59,540 nucleotides of DNA from a virus. Lineage: Duplodnaviria; Caudoviricetes. Position numbers and translations under genes: made by a program. This document shows, in pieces, positions 18,096-27,252 of this stretch. Location: positions 1 to 59,540 of the IMG/VR virus record IMGVR_UViG_3300044974_000308; one strand, given 5' to 3'. Below the pieces are notes generated by a model. That model was not told the DNA's origin and did no database searches. It worked only from the letters and a program-made list of their open reading frames with translations. How positions within the stretch are numbered: position 1 is the stretch's first letter; every line of letters starts with the position of its first letter.

Positions 18096-20424
18096 TCGGG
18101 GCGCCCTTATTCATGTCGCGCAAGAGATTGGCGAGGAACTGATCTTCGCGGCTGCGACGATCTTCGTTCCGATGATGCGAATCAATCAGGCGGTCGGCTT
18201 CTTTGTGATCCGACTCGACGCCCAACTGCTGCGCTTCAAGATTTAGTTTATCACGACGGTTTTGCGCGTCCATCATTTTGGCTTGCGCCTCTATTTCTTT
18301 CGCAGGATCCTGCTGGCCCTTCGCTTTCAGCTGCGTCTCTTCGACCTTGGCTTCCGCCAGCATGCGGCGCGTCTGCGCATCAATCATGCGGGCCTGCGCT
18401 TCAGACTGCGAGTCGGCGATAGACGCCTGCGCAACAGCTTCCTTGGCGTCGGCTTCCTTCTGCAGGATCTTCAGTTCTTCCATCGCCTTGATCATCTCAG
18501 GCGGCATTTGGTTCTGCTGCTCAGGCGGCGCCAAGAACTGCTCAGGGTTGCTCCAGCCCATCGCCTTCATGGCGGCGAGATCAATCGCCTGCGCATTATA
18601 CATCGACGGGTTGCCCTGCTGCAGCTGCTTCAGCGCCATCACCTTCATGATGCGCTGCGTATGGCTGGCCGTATTGGGATCCGCCTGCGGGATCAATTCG
18701 CAATCATCAAGCGCCGCAATGAACGTCGCCTCATCCCATGCAAGCGACGGGCGCCGGCACTTCATGTAGAAGCTTTCAGGATGCTCGCGGAAACAGCGCA
18801 CCAGAAGCTGGAACTCTTCGGCCTGTGCGGCATGAAGGCGCTTATGCACGCTGTTCATGATCTTCGTGGCCTGATCGATCAGCGCCAATGTCGTGCCGAC
18901 AGGCGCATCAGCGCGGCCTTCGCCAACAGCAAGTTCAGCTGTTCCGCCAACGCGCTGTCCCGTCTCTACGACGTTCTGCACAAGCTGCATCATCGGAGCG
19001 CCGGGCTCTTTATACGGCAGCGGCATAATCGCCTGATTGATCGGGACGCCGCCCGTCTTCACAAGCGCGCCGCCGCCCGGAGGCACGCGGAAGATGTTTG
19101 TGTTCTGGCGGGCGCCTGTGTCGGCCATGAGGAAGCCGGGGAAGTTCGCATACATGCCGGCGTCTAGCATCTCGCGCCAAGCAGCCGTCACCGCATTCGT
19201 GGTATTACCCAGAATATGAAGTAGACCGATATCGTAAAAACCCATACCGGGAACAAAAGTAAATTTGACAAAATTCGTTCGAGTTTCTGGCAACTCGTTT
19301 CCTTCGTCTCCAGTGGGTTCATCGTAGTTCCTCACGATTGACAGGACTTCTCGTGACGAAACATCAATCGTAACCCGATACGGGATTTCTAGGCCCGTAA
19401 TCTTTCCTTTGTGACGATGTTCGAATCCGGGGATATCAAGTTCACAATAACATTCGTAGATCTCACGATCACGATCTTCGGCATTGCGCGATTCCATCGC
19501 GATGCCTTGCTGCGACATCTTCTCACGTTGCACAGCATCAAGGCTTTCTTGATCCGGCGTCGTCAGGCTGATGTCGCGATAGACGCCAAGGATCTGCAGG
19601 CGCTTCACCGTCGAAGGTCGCATATAAACGCGATGCGTGACGCGCTTGGCGTCGTTTAACGTCGTGGCGGCGTTATTGACGATGAGGTCGTCCGCATCCA
19701 CCGTTTCGCTGACCGGGCGACCGCGTAAGGGACAGAAATAGACCTTTTTGAACGCTGTCCCGCCGAAACCCAGCATAAACAGCATCCGGTCAGTATCAGG
19801 ATAATATTCCTTGGCGGTGGCGGTGAGATAATGGTTCAGATCCTTTTCAAGAGCGTCGGCTAGAAGATCCTGCTGCTCGCTGGAGTCGACCGAATCGATG
19901 CGAACCTTCACCGGCCCATCGGTCGGCAACAACTCTGAACGGGCGTTCGCCTGAAAGCGAAGAACCGCCTCCAGCATGAGCGGATGGCGAACCTTCGACA
20001 TGCCTTCGACGGGAGCGCCGTCCGTGGCGCCCTGCAGCTGCGGGATCTCGACCTTGAGGCCCAGAAGCTTGATGCCCTGCGCCCGGTCTTCGATCCATTC
20101 CTGCCGGCTATCAAGATCGTCCTGAATGCCTTTCAGCAGATCGCTGGAGATGGCTGAAAGTTCCGCGGTGTCGATCTCATCGACGAGATTGCGAAACCAA
20201 TCGGCGGCCTTCTCTGCGTCGCTGACGCGCTCGACCGGCTCACCGTTCAAGGAGACGACGACAGATCCGTCGTCGTTCACCATGCGGAGGATGTTGCCCT
20301 TATCGTCGTATTCGTTCTTGTCTTCGCCATCCTCAAGGATCTCGACGACAAGGTCTTCCGCTTCACCAAGCCCGGCAGGCTCCTGCTGGCGAATAGAAGG
20401 AGACAAGCCCGGCGTAAGCGGCAT
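18088..20424 (-). CDS. Portal protein (likely start MPLTPG)
   Basis: SR.EW, V.HP...EAV..FQA.A..EL.P..GPV, G.AFKKVY, PG.GFY..GL.H, APVGTTLA; downstream of TerL. Confidence 0.9.
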   Translation of the reverse strand: MPLTPGLSPSIRQQEPAGLGEAEDLVVEILEDGEDKNEYDDKGNILRMVNDDGSVVVSLNGEPVERVSDAEKAADWFRNLVDEIDTAELSAISSDLLKGIQDDLDSRQEWIEDRAQGIKLLGLKVEIPQLQGATDGAPVEGMSKVRHPLMLEAVLRFQANARSELLPTDGPVKVRIDSVDSSEQQDLLADALEKDLNHYLTATAKEYYPDTDRMLFMLGFGGTAFKKVYFCPLRGRPVSETVDADDLIVNNAATTLNDAKRVTHRVYMRPSTVKRLQILGVYRDISLTTPDQESLDAVQREKMSQQGIAMESRNAEDRDREIYECYCELDIPGFEHRHKGKITGLEIPYRVTIDVSSREVLSIVRNYDEPTGDEGNELPETRTNFVKFTFVPGMGFYDIGLLHILGNTTNAVTAAWREMLDAGMYANFPGFLMADTGARQNTNIFRVPPGGGALVKTGGVPINQAIMPLPYKEPGAPMMQLVQNVVETGQRVGGTAELAVGEGRADAPVGTTLALIDQATKIMNSVHKRLHAAQAEEFQLLVRCFREHPESFYMKCRRPSLAWDEATFIAALDDCELIPQADPNTASHTQRIMKVMALKQLQQGNPSMYNAQAIDLAAMKAMGWSNPEQFLAPPEQQNQMPPEMIKAMEELKILQKEADAKEAVAQASIADSQSEAQARMIDAQTRRMLAEAKVEETQLKAKGQQDPAKEIEAQAKMMDAQNRRDKLNLEAQQLGVESDHKEADRLIDSHHRNEDRRSREDQFLANLLRDMNKGAPNV

Positions 20425-20425
20425 A

Positions 20426-20638
20426 TCAGGAATCCTTGTTCTCAATCAGCGCAGTGATTTCATCAGAAAAGCGTTGGAGCCCTTCCACTGCGGCCATATT
20501 AGCATCGACGGCGCTTATTTCATAGACGCGGGCATAGTCGTAAGGCTCCTTGCCCCAGACCTCGACCCGGTAGCGGCCCAGACCTCCCGGCACCGGCGGC
20601 GGATCTAAAACGTCGACGACGGCGTTCGCGGGTATCAT
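20426..20638 (-). CDS. Hypothetical protein (likely start MIPANA)
   Basis: RBS AAGGAAG; fills the TerL-portal gap. Confidence 0.55.
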   Translation of the reverse strand: MIPANAVVDVLDPPPVPGGLGRYRVEVWGKEPYDYARVYEISAVDANMAAVEGLQRFSDEITALIENKDS

Positions 20639-20651
20639 CAGGTCTTCCTTG

Positions 20652-22277
20652 CTATACTGGATAGAGCGGCTCCGACGCAGAGCCTGTATGCATTCTACTT
20701 TCGTCGAGGGCCGAAGTCCATTCTTCGTTACGGATAAGCACCCCGATTTGTCGCAGATGCCGCAGCGCCATGCTAATCGTATCGACAAGATCGTCATGCT
20801 TCGCTCGCGGAAATTGAGCGGCTTGTGTAATCACCATATCCGCCCATGATCTATCTGGCGCATAGATCAGCCCTTCCGAAAACAGATGCTGCACGCTGTA
20901 AAGCCGTGCCAGTTTATCCTGAGATTTGGGATCCACAAGTTCAACGTAGAAATCATCGTGCCCATAGACGCGGCGCAACTCCTGCGCCACGCTATGCCCC
21001 GCGGCCTTATTCTCAATCAAAATCTTCTCGCAGCCATAGCGCTGCATTGTATCGCGAACCTTCTCGACGAGATCATGCAATTCTAGTCGATCCTGCCATG
21101 CGTGCATCAGCATGCATCGCGGATGCTCCTGCGTATAGGTTCGCTCCAGCGACGCCATCATGTCGCCTTCGCGATTAGGAACGCGCGTGACCTGCGCGAC
21201 TTGATCGCCGCCAGACCAGACGCCCCATACCGTCATGGCGCTGGGGTCGTTTTCGGTTTTGGTTGTATAGGCGCAGTCCAGCGAAGCTATGACGTAGTCG
21301 AAGGGCGGGAAGGATGGGCCGTCCCATGTCTTCCACCATTCGCGCTTGATGACGCCGCCGCCTCTTGGCTCTGGCGCCTGCTGGAATTGACCCGCCGTAG
21401 CATACGGCCCCATGACGCGCTCGTCGCGGTCAACCACTTCTTCAGGGAAGCGCTTGGGGAATAGAAGTTCTCCGTCCTTGCTGCGGGGGTCTTCATTACC
21501 CAACAGCGTCGGCATGGCGCGCATCGGGTCGTAGCGCATTGGAAGCATAATATGGTCATAGCCCAGCCCCTTATCCAAAATGACGCCGGAAACATCTTCC
21601 TCATGCAGGCGCTGCATGATGACGACGATGGCCGATTTCGAAGGATTGTTCAGACGAGACGGCACGGCCTCAAGGAATGTCTCAATCGTGCTCTGGCGCA
21701 TCGCGTCAGACTGTGCGCTGTCGACGCTGTGCGGATCGTCGATGATGACCCTGTCGCCGCGAACGCCCGTCATTGATTCAAACGCGACAGCTTCGCGAAA
21801 GCCGGTCGCTGTGTTTTCGAACTTCGTCTTCGCGTTCTGGTCGCCCGTCAGCTTGACCCGCTTGCCCCAGCGCGCCTGATACCAGTCGCTCTGGATTAGG
21901 CGCCGCATCTTCGTCGAATCGCGGATGGCAAGATTCTGGGAATGCGACGTGCAGACATACCGCAAGTGCGGCATGTTCTGCGGCCCCCATTCCCAGCTGG
22001 GCCAGAAGACGTTCGTAAGAAGCGACTTCATCGTGCCGGGCGGCACGTTAATGAGGAGGCGGTTATAAAAACCGCCGTCCTCAAGTTCGGTCTCAAAAGT
22101 TATCGCCTCAAGATGCTCACAGATGAAGTCAATGTGCCAGCCGTGGATGTATTCAGACCCGGGCTCAATCACATGCCACGCCATCCTTACGAACGCGGCG
22201 AGACTTTCCTCGCAGTCTGCCTGATCAAGATCGATCAGCTGCGCGTCAACGTCTATGCCTTCAAGTGTAAGCGTCAT
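20652..22277 (-). CDS. terL: Terminase large subunit
   Basis: INVPPG.MKS Walker A, IIDDPH Walker B, MQRLHE.D, D.AY, IENKA.G, FP.AKHDD.VD nuclease motifs. Confidence 0.95.
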   Translation of the reverse strand: MTLTLEGIDVDAQLIDLDQADCEESLAAFVRMAWHVIEPGSEYIHGWHIDFICEHLEAITFETELEDGGFYNRLLINVPPGTMKSLLTNVFWPSWEWGPQNMPHLRYVCTSHSQNLAIRDSTKMRRLIQSDWYQARWGKRVKLTGDQNAKTKFENTATGFREAVAFESMTGVRGDRVIIDDPHSVDSAQSDAMRQSTIETFLEAVPSRLNNPSKSAIVVIMQRLHEEDVSGVILDKGLGYDHIMLPMRYDPMRAMPTLLGNEDPRSKDGELLFPKRFPEEVVDRDERVMGPYATAGQFQQAPEPRGGGVIKREWWKTWDGPSFPPFDYVIASLDCAYTTKTENDPSAMTVWGVWSGGDQVAQVTRVPNREGDMMASLERTYTQEHPRCMLMHAWQDRLELHDLVEKVRDTMQRYGCEKILIENKAAGHSVAQELRRVYGHDDFYVELVDPKSQDKLARLYSVQHLFSEGLIYAPDRSWADMVITQAAQFPRAKHDDLVDTISMALRHLRQIGVLIRNEEWTSALDESRMHTGSASEPLYPV

Positions 22278-22471
22278 TGGCCGACTTCTATTTCCTTCTC
22301 TTCGAAGTGCCGCAGCAGCTTCTTGTCGAGGCGCTGAGACAGTCGCTCGTCGAGCACAATCGTCATTGCCGTCAGGATCTGAGCGAACTCGCCCATCGTC
22401 ATGTCGGCGCGCGGCTTGAACTCCAGAACCTTGCGCTTGTTCGGTTCGACCTTGTCGGGCTCAATCTCCAT
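22274..22471 (-). CDS. Hypothetical protein (paralogue of 23196-23372)
   Basis: EF.P.....E.AQIL...L.K...RHF.E. Confidence 0.6.
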   Translation of the reverse strand: MEIEPDKVEPNKRKVLEFKPRADMTMGEFAQILTAMTIVLDERLSQRLDKKLLRHFEEKEIEVGQ

Positions 22472-22586
22472 AACTTTCTTCCTTCCTTCTATCTGCAATA
22501 TCGTCGATCCATGAAGCGATGACGGCTGTCATAACGCCGCCAATGTAGAACGCCAGATACAGCGCGCTGTCGAATAAAGCTTCCAT
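22461..22586 (-). CDS. Small membrane protein (41 aa)
   Basis: Manual ORF MEALFDSALYLAFYIGGVMTAVIASW...; one hydrophobic segment. Confidence 0.4.
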   Translation of the reverse strand: MEALFDSALYLAFYIGGVMTAVIASWIDDIADRRKEESYGD

Positions 22587-22591
22587 TACCG

Positions 22592-23218
22592 TCATGATAT
22601 CAATTCTCCAACTGTCGATACTACCGCATCCATGCGGGCTGTTTCAATGATCGGTCGCGTATATGGGTCTGTCGGGCTCTGCGCCAGCCATTGCACGGCA
22701 ATCGGCCCGACGCCTTTCGCCATCCAATATCGGGCGCCTCCGCCCGGCTTGCCATCCCATGACTGCAGATAGGTGAAGACCAAAACGTCGTTATAGACGA
22801 CGCCGGTCTGAACGCGGAACCGCTCCAGCAGCGCTTCGTAATGACAGATCTGGACGCCCTTCGCCATTGCCGGCGGCCACGATTGAAACGGGCTCATCTT
22901 TGGATAATTGATATAGTCGCCGCCGATCTCGACATATTCGCCCCAGCCGATTGGCGGATTCATGACGACCTTCTTGCCGCCGGGATAGTCGTCGCGCCAT
23001 TCGGCGATGCCGAAGCCGGGGCGATACTGATAGAACCAAGTATCCTTCCACGTCAGATGCGCGTCGTAATCAATGTAGAGCATGCTGTCGCTGCCCTTGT
23101 CATATGCGAAGACGGCAGTGATCGGCGGCATGCTGTCGTCGACCGCGGTGTAGTCGAACCGGCGCAGCATCGGCCCTAAGAACATGGGCCAGTAATCAGG
23201 AACGAAGATCTTGGTCAT
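22592..23218 (-). CDS. Hypothetical protein (Trp/Tyr-rich)
   Basis: 208-aa ORF with RBS; C-terminal YWMAKGVGP motif. Confidence 0.65.
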   Translation of the reverse strand: MTKIFVPDYWPMFLGPMLRRFDYTAVDDSMPPITAVFAYDKGSDSMLYIDYDAHLTWKDTWFYQYRPGFGIAEWRDDYPGGKKVVMNPPIGWGEYVEIGGDYINYPKMSPFQSWPPAMAKGVQICHYEALLERFRVQTGVVYNDVLVFTYLQSWDGKPGGGARYWMAKGVGPIAVQWLAQSPTDPYTRPIIETARMDAVVSTVGELIS

Positions 23219-23372
23219 CTCTCACCTCTTGGAAATGCCGGTCGGCATATTTCGGCAGCTTGGACTTCAGATCGTCATTGATGCGAATCATCATGAGCGT
23301 CTGAAGGATCTGCGCCAGTTCATATACGTTGATATTGCTCTGCGGGTTAAACTCATACCACTTCTCATCCAT
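23196..23372 (-). CDS. Hypothetical protein (58 aa; paralogue of 22274-22471)
   Basis: Manual ORF MDEKWYEFNPQSNINVYELAQILQTL...RHFQEV; RBS GGAGG. Confidence 0.6.
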   Translation of the reverse strand: MDEKWYEFNPQSNINVYELAQILQTLMMIRINDDLKSKLPKYADRHFQEVRDDQDLRS

Positions 23373-23562
23373 TGGCGACCTCCAGCTTCTCTCTGATAAC
23401 CATCATGCGGGACGAGATCGTGCTCGCATGCTTCGTTCCAATTTCCTTGGCGATAGTCGCCGGATCCTTGCCTTGCTGATGCAATTCCCAGATCTTCTGC
23501 TCATAAGGCGTAAGCGCAGCTGGGTTGCTATAACGTCGATTCCAATTTGGTATTTTAGCCAT
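23365..23562 (-). CDS. LuxR-type HTH DNA-binding protein
   Basis: LTPYEQKIWEL..QG.....IA.E.G....T.......IREKL. Confidence 0.65.
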   Translation of the reverse strand: MAKIPNWNRRYSNPAALTPYEQKIWELHQQGKDPATIAKEIGTKHASTISSRMMVIREKLEVANG

Positions 23563-23881
23563 CCTTTTCTCCATAGTAAGCGGCGCGGGCGGCGCGGAAC
23601 GCAGACATCGGGTAGCAGTCTGAATACATATAATTGTCAGCAAGTTTTGCTGTGCTTTCGTCCGCTATGGCGGCAAACGGGAGCAGCGCCGCAGTAAGTT
23701 CCGCGATGCGCTTTTCCGCTCTCGCAACATAATTGTTTGTGCTCCAGTCTTTATTCTCGCAAACAACATTGGCGCGTTGGATTTCAAACTCCATATCAAT
23801 AATTCGCGCCGTCAGTTTATCAATGATTTCCTTGGACGCTTGCTTGGCGGCTTCATAGCCTTTGTCAAATTCGTCACTCAT
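23555..23881 (-). CDS. Accessory protein, 'RIAEL..ALxPFA / RAARAAY' family
   Basis: Motifs shared with neighbouring ORFs; overlapping start/stop. Confidence 0.6.
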   Translation of the reverse strand: MSDEFDKGYEAAKQASKEIIDKLTARIIDMEFEIQRANVVCENKDWSTNNYVARAEKRIAELTAALLPFAAIADESTAKLADNYMYSDCYPMSAFRAARAAYYGEKDG

Positions 23882-24045
23882 TTCTTCTCTCCCATATAAG
23901 CGGCGCGGGCGGCTTCAACGAACAACGCCCTTGCGTCTTTTTCCAAAAGCATCTTGCGGTAAGAGGTGTGATTGTCTCCGATGATTTTGTCATCAATCAT
24001 CGCGTCAATAAGCGCCATAAGCGCGTTGAATTGTTCGTCAGTCAT
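23878..24045 (-). CDS. Accessory protein (55 aa) ending AARAAYMGEKK
   Basis: Manual ORF MTDEQFNALMALIDAMIDD...; ATGA-coupled. Confidence 0.55.
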   Translation of the reverse strand: MTDEQFNALMALIDAMIDDKIIGDNHTSYRKMLLEKDARALFVEAARAAYMGEKK

Positions 24046-24680
24046 CTTTCTTCTCCAAAGAAGCGTTTGGCGTAGTTTCTGCTAACTCTTGGACCGTGTG
24101 GCCTTCCATGACGCAAGTAACCTAACTTAAAACTTTCACCATCATCCATACGAACGTATTTGTCATGGTCGTAAGATATTGGATTAACTTTGCGCCATCT
24201 TCCGCTATATGGCTGATCTGGTAAGGGGTAATCCGTGTAAAAGCGTTTTTTCTTATGCATCAAAACGGCGTCAGTCATCCTTCTCTCCCCTATAAGCGGC
24301 GCGGCCGACGCGACAGGCTCGTCGCCGGCGGCGTCGAGCCGAGCGATCTCGGCCTGCAGGTCGGCGAGCCGCGCCTCAAGGCCGAACCGTGCCATAACGT
24401 CTTCGTCGCCGAGCTGCGCGAGCAAGCCGTTGACGGCAGCGGCGTCGGCATGAGCGAAATCGCGTTCGAGCTTGCGCCCTAAGCCGGAGGCGACAAACAC
24501 ATTGCTATTGCTATCCGGTAAGAAATACTCAGCCGCGTCAGCAAACGGTTTCAGCGCCGCTTCAAGTTCCGCGATGCGGGTGTTCAATTTAATTCTTGCG
24601 CTCTTTCCATGCTCAAGTCCATCATTTAAGCCGCGATTGTAATCATCAAGTTTGATAGGATTAGGGTTTTCTTTTTGCAT
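24042..24680 (-). CDS. Chimeric accessory ORF (probably two genes fused by an insertion)
   Basis: Internal RBS+ATG (MTDAVL) near 24278; GC-rich segment 24301-24480. Confidence 0.5.
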   Translation of the reverse strand: MQKENPNPIKLDDYNRGLNDGLEHGKSARIKLNTRIAELEAALKPFADAAEYFLPDSNSNVFVASGLGRKLERDFAHADAAAVNGLLAQLGDEDVMARFGLEARLADLQAEIARLDAAGDEPVASAAPLIGERRMTDAVLMHKKKRFYTDYPLPDQPYSGRWRKVNPISYDHDKYVRMDDGESFKLGYLRHGRPHGPRVSRNYAKRFFGEER

Positions 24681-24791
24681 TTTCGATTATCCTGTTAAGA
24701 CCAGAAACCTGACTTGCAAACCATTCTTCTCCTAATAAGACCCCACCAATTGCCAAAGTAAGTCCGCAAACAAACATGCCAAATTTAACTT

Positions 24792-25061
24792 TCATTTTTT
24801 CTCTCCCCTATAAGCGGCGCGGGCGGCGCGGACTTCGGCGGCGCTAACCTTTCCGGCGTTCTCGCCAAATCCCCAGAAATAGCAAACGCGTCCATCAGCG
24901 CAGTTAGAAACGTCTACGTCAGCAAACGGTTTCAGCGCCGCCTCAAGTTCCGCGATGCGGGCGGCTTTCGCCTCTAATGCGTCGGCGGCTTCGTAGTGAA
25001 TGCCTCCGGTTTGTGATAAGCGCAGCCGTGCGATTAGGTGGGTGTAGTCAGTCATCGCCAA
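24792..25061 (-). CDS. Accessory protein, 'RIAELEAALKPFAD / RAARAAY' family
   Basis: Shared DNA and protein repeats. Confidence 0.6.
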   Translation of the reverse strand: MAMTDYTHLIARLRLSQTGGIHYEAADALEAKAARIAELEAALKPFADVDVSNCADGRVCYFWGFGENAGKVSAAEVRAARAAYRGEKK

Positions 25062-25348
25062 TACCTCCGCACTCTATGACGCCGATGACGGCGAGGCTTG
25101 CTATCGTCCGCTTTAGCTACTTCCGGCTCACTAACAGATTCGACCTTTTCCGTTACTTGCGGGCAGGCTTTGTAAATAACCTCCGCAGGCGGCGGCTTGA
25201 GAACATATGACGTGACGGCTCGCGAATCGACGCGATAGACGCTGCAGTCGTTCTTCGGCGGCACAATTGGAGCCGTGAGCACAGCGATAAACGCGCCGAT
25301 AAATATGCCGGCCATAAGCGCAGAAAATAATTTCACCATCCCCTCCAT
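25052..25348 (-). CDS. Membrane-anchored hypothetical protein
   Basis: N-terminal hydrophobic helix, basic tail. Confidence 0.55.
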   Translation of the reverse strand: MEGMVKLFSALMAGIFIGAFIAVLTAPIVPPKNDCSVYRVDSRAVTSYVLKPPPAEVIYKACPQVTEKVESVSEPEVAKADDSKPRRHRRHRVRRYWR

Positions 25349-25893
25349 CCCATAAGCGACAGCAGTCTACCCGGTTTTCTGACAAGCTGAACTACCTTTG
25401 GCTTTTCTTGCTTAACGCGCACGACCGGCGGCTTCTTCTCCCGCGGCGCTTCCTGCTCGCGCTTCAGGCGCTCAAGGCGCGCACGCTCGCGATTGGCTTT
25501 GACGATCTTCTCGCGCCAGCGCACCCAATGGCGTTGACGCTCTTCTTCCGTAATCGACGCGCGCTTGATGTCGCGCTTGAGTTTAGCCTTCTTCCGGCAT
25601 TTTTCGAGATACGCCGCATATTGCTCAGGCGACATATATTGCTTTGGCGTCTTCGGCTTTTTAGGAACGAGCGTCTTTCTGCGCTCTGCCCAATTCTCTT
25701 TAAGCTTGCGCCGGCGCTCTTGCTCGCGCTGCGCTTTGGCTTCGATGTAGGCTGGATCTTGCGCCATGACAGCGTATTTATCGCGGCGAGCCTTGTTCCA
25801 ATTCTCGCGCTGCTTCTTCAGCTTATCTGGATTGTTTTCTCTCCAGCGCTTTTCACGTGCCCGTCTCCGGCGCAGCGCTTCATCCTTGTCCAT
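25333..25893 (-). CDS. Highly basic helical protein
   Basis: R/K/E-rich; GAGATTGAT-ATG initiation motif. Confidence 0.6.
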   Translation of the reverse strand: MDKDEALRRRRAREKRWRENNPDKLKKQRENWNKARRDKYAVMAQDPAYIEAKAQREQERRRKLKENWAERRKTLVPKKPKTPKQYMSPEQYAAYLEKCRKKAKLKRDIKRASITEEERQRHWVRWREKIVKANRERARLERLKREQEAPREKKPPVVRVKQEKPKVVQLVRKPGRLLSLMGWRGW

Positions 25894-25900
25894 ATCAATC

Positions 25901-26185
25901 TCAATGTTTTATCTTCTGATTCCAATTGACGTTACCATCTTGCTCTGCGTCGTTCAATGTAAATATTATCGCGTTGACCAAGATCTGCAGAGATGTAATT
26001 GCGCTTTCTTTCGACACCATGTTTTCCGACAGAACGCACGACGTAACGGCGGCGAGCGCCTGCAGCATTTCGACTGGCGTTTCTGCCGTATCGTAAAAGA
26101 CGTCGAGCGTCTCTTCAGCCATTTCGGCTACACGGGCTTTTTGCTCTTCAGGTATCTCATTGTCTGGATCATGGATTTCGATCAT
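25901..26185 (-). CDS. Hypothetical protein
   Basis: ATGA overlap with terS stop. Confidence 0.55.
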   Translation of the reverse strand: MIEIHDPDNEIPEEQKARVAEMAEETLDVFYDTAETPVEMLQALAAVTSCVLSENMVSKESAITSLQILVNAIIFTLNDAEQDGNVNWNQKIKH

Positions 26186-26640
26186 TGCGCGCTTTCTTTG
26201 GCGGCCATCAGGACGCTGCGTAACGCTTGGCGTTGCTCAGGCGTCAGGGCGCGCGAATCAATCGTCTTCGTCTCGACCTTGACGGCGCCCCCATCCTTGC
26301 CGGTGATCTCAGTCTGCGTGCGTTCGGTGTAATCGTCGCGGAAGCGCGACGCCACGCTTTTCAGCCACAGCTGCGCGTTAAAGTCGCGCGAAGCAAGGTT
26401 TTGCTGCGCTTTATCTTCCCACCAATTCTGCGAATGAACGCGGGCGCGTGCGAGAGCAGTGCGAAAATCGTCATATTCTTCCGCCCACCGGAAGATCGAC
26501 GCTTTATCGACATCGAAGAACGAAGCCATTTGCGCGATGCTTTTGCCCTCTTTGCCCAGCTGGATTATTTGCTCACAATATTCCGGCTTATATTTTGTCG
26601 GGCGCCCAACAGGCCGCTTCGCGGGCTTTTCTTCACTCAT
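26182..26640 (-). CDS. terS: Terminase small subunit
   Basis: GRPTKY..EYCE.I..LG.EG.S....A HTH; WWE; EITGKDGG. Confidence 0.8.
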   Translation of the reverse strand: MSEEKPAKRPVGRPTKYKPEYCEQIIQLGKEGKSIAQMASFFDVDKASIFRWAEEYDDFRTALARARVHSQNWWEDKAQQNLASRDFNAQLWLKSVASRFRDDYTERTQTEITGKDGGAVKVETKTIDSRALTPEQRQALRSVLMAAKESAQ

Positions 26641-26695
26641 GTCAATCTCCTATGGTCGGGACATGGTATCACATCCCGACCACGATATGTAGGTA

Positions 26696-26989
26696 TTAGA
26701 ACTCTTCGTCGGCAGTGGCCCCTGACGCTTTCAGGGCGGCTTTTCCAAGCGGCAGGTCTGCGAGCATTCCCAGCGCTTCCATGTAGGTCGCAAGGAGCGC
26801 CTTCTCTTCGGCGACCTTGGCGGCGTCCTTTTTACGCATGGCGATGATCTGCTTCAAGATCTTGGTGTCGTAACCATCTGATTTTGCTTCAGAATATACG
26901 CTTTTGATATCTTCAGCGAGGGCGGCTTTCTCTTCTTCAAGCTTCTCTATGCGCTGGACAATAGTTTCCAAGTGATTGTTTTTTGCCAT
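26696..26989 (-). CDS. gapR: GapR-like (DUF2312) nucleoid-associated protein
   Basis: L..IVQRIE.LEEEK..LA.DIK.VY.EAKS.GYD.K.L.Q.I..RK. Confidence 0.9.
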   Translation of the reverse strand: MAKNNHLETIVQRIEKLEEEKAALAEDIKSVYSEAKSDGYDTKILKQIIAMRKKDAAKVAEEKALLATYMEALGMLADLPLGKAALKASGATADEEF

Positions 26990-27164
26990 TTTTCTGCTCC
27001 TCTATCTGTGTGACGATGTATTCCGCTTGCAAGCGGCAATAGTCGCAAGTTGCGTCGCACTTCCTGTCGGAGATTGAAGCTGCCATTTCATTTCTATCAA
27101 TCTCAACATTGAATCTGCATACCGCAGCGGCGACAATGTCTCTTAACTCGTCGTTCACTGTCAA
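26937..27164 (-). CDS. Hypothetical protein with CxxxCxxC motif (TTG start)
   Basis: Purine-rich RBS; CDATCDYC. Confidence 0.45.
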   Translation of the reverse strand: MTVNDELRDIVAAAVCRFNVEIDRNEMAASISDRKCDATCDYCRLQAEYIVTQIEEQKNGKKQSLGNYCPAHREA

Positions 27165-27188
27165 TCCCCTTCCCTATGAAATATCCGC

Positions 27189-27218
27189 TTGACAGGCGGA
27201 AGAAACTTCCGGTATAAG
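27189..27218 (+). promoter_or_regulatory. Sigma70-like early promoter P1 with palindromic spacer operator
   Basis: TTGACA-N18-TATAAG; spacer contains CGGAAGAAACTTCCG. Confidence 0.75.
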
Positions 27219-27252
27219 AATTTCATCGTAACCGATGTTGATGGATATTGAA

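Noticed and set aside
20438-20470. Minus-strand CUGAUGA-stem-GAGAA as a third hammerhead
   Set aside because: Lacks GAAA and evident stems I/III, and lies within coding sequence
23560-24965. CRISPR array or diversity-generating retroelement
   Set aside because: Repeats are coding and irregularly spaced; no cas operon, reverse transcriptase or adenine-specific TR/VR pair seen
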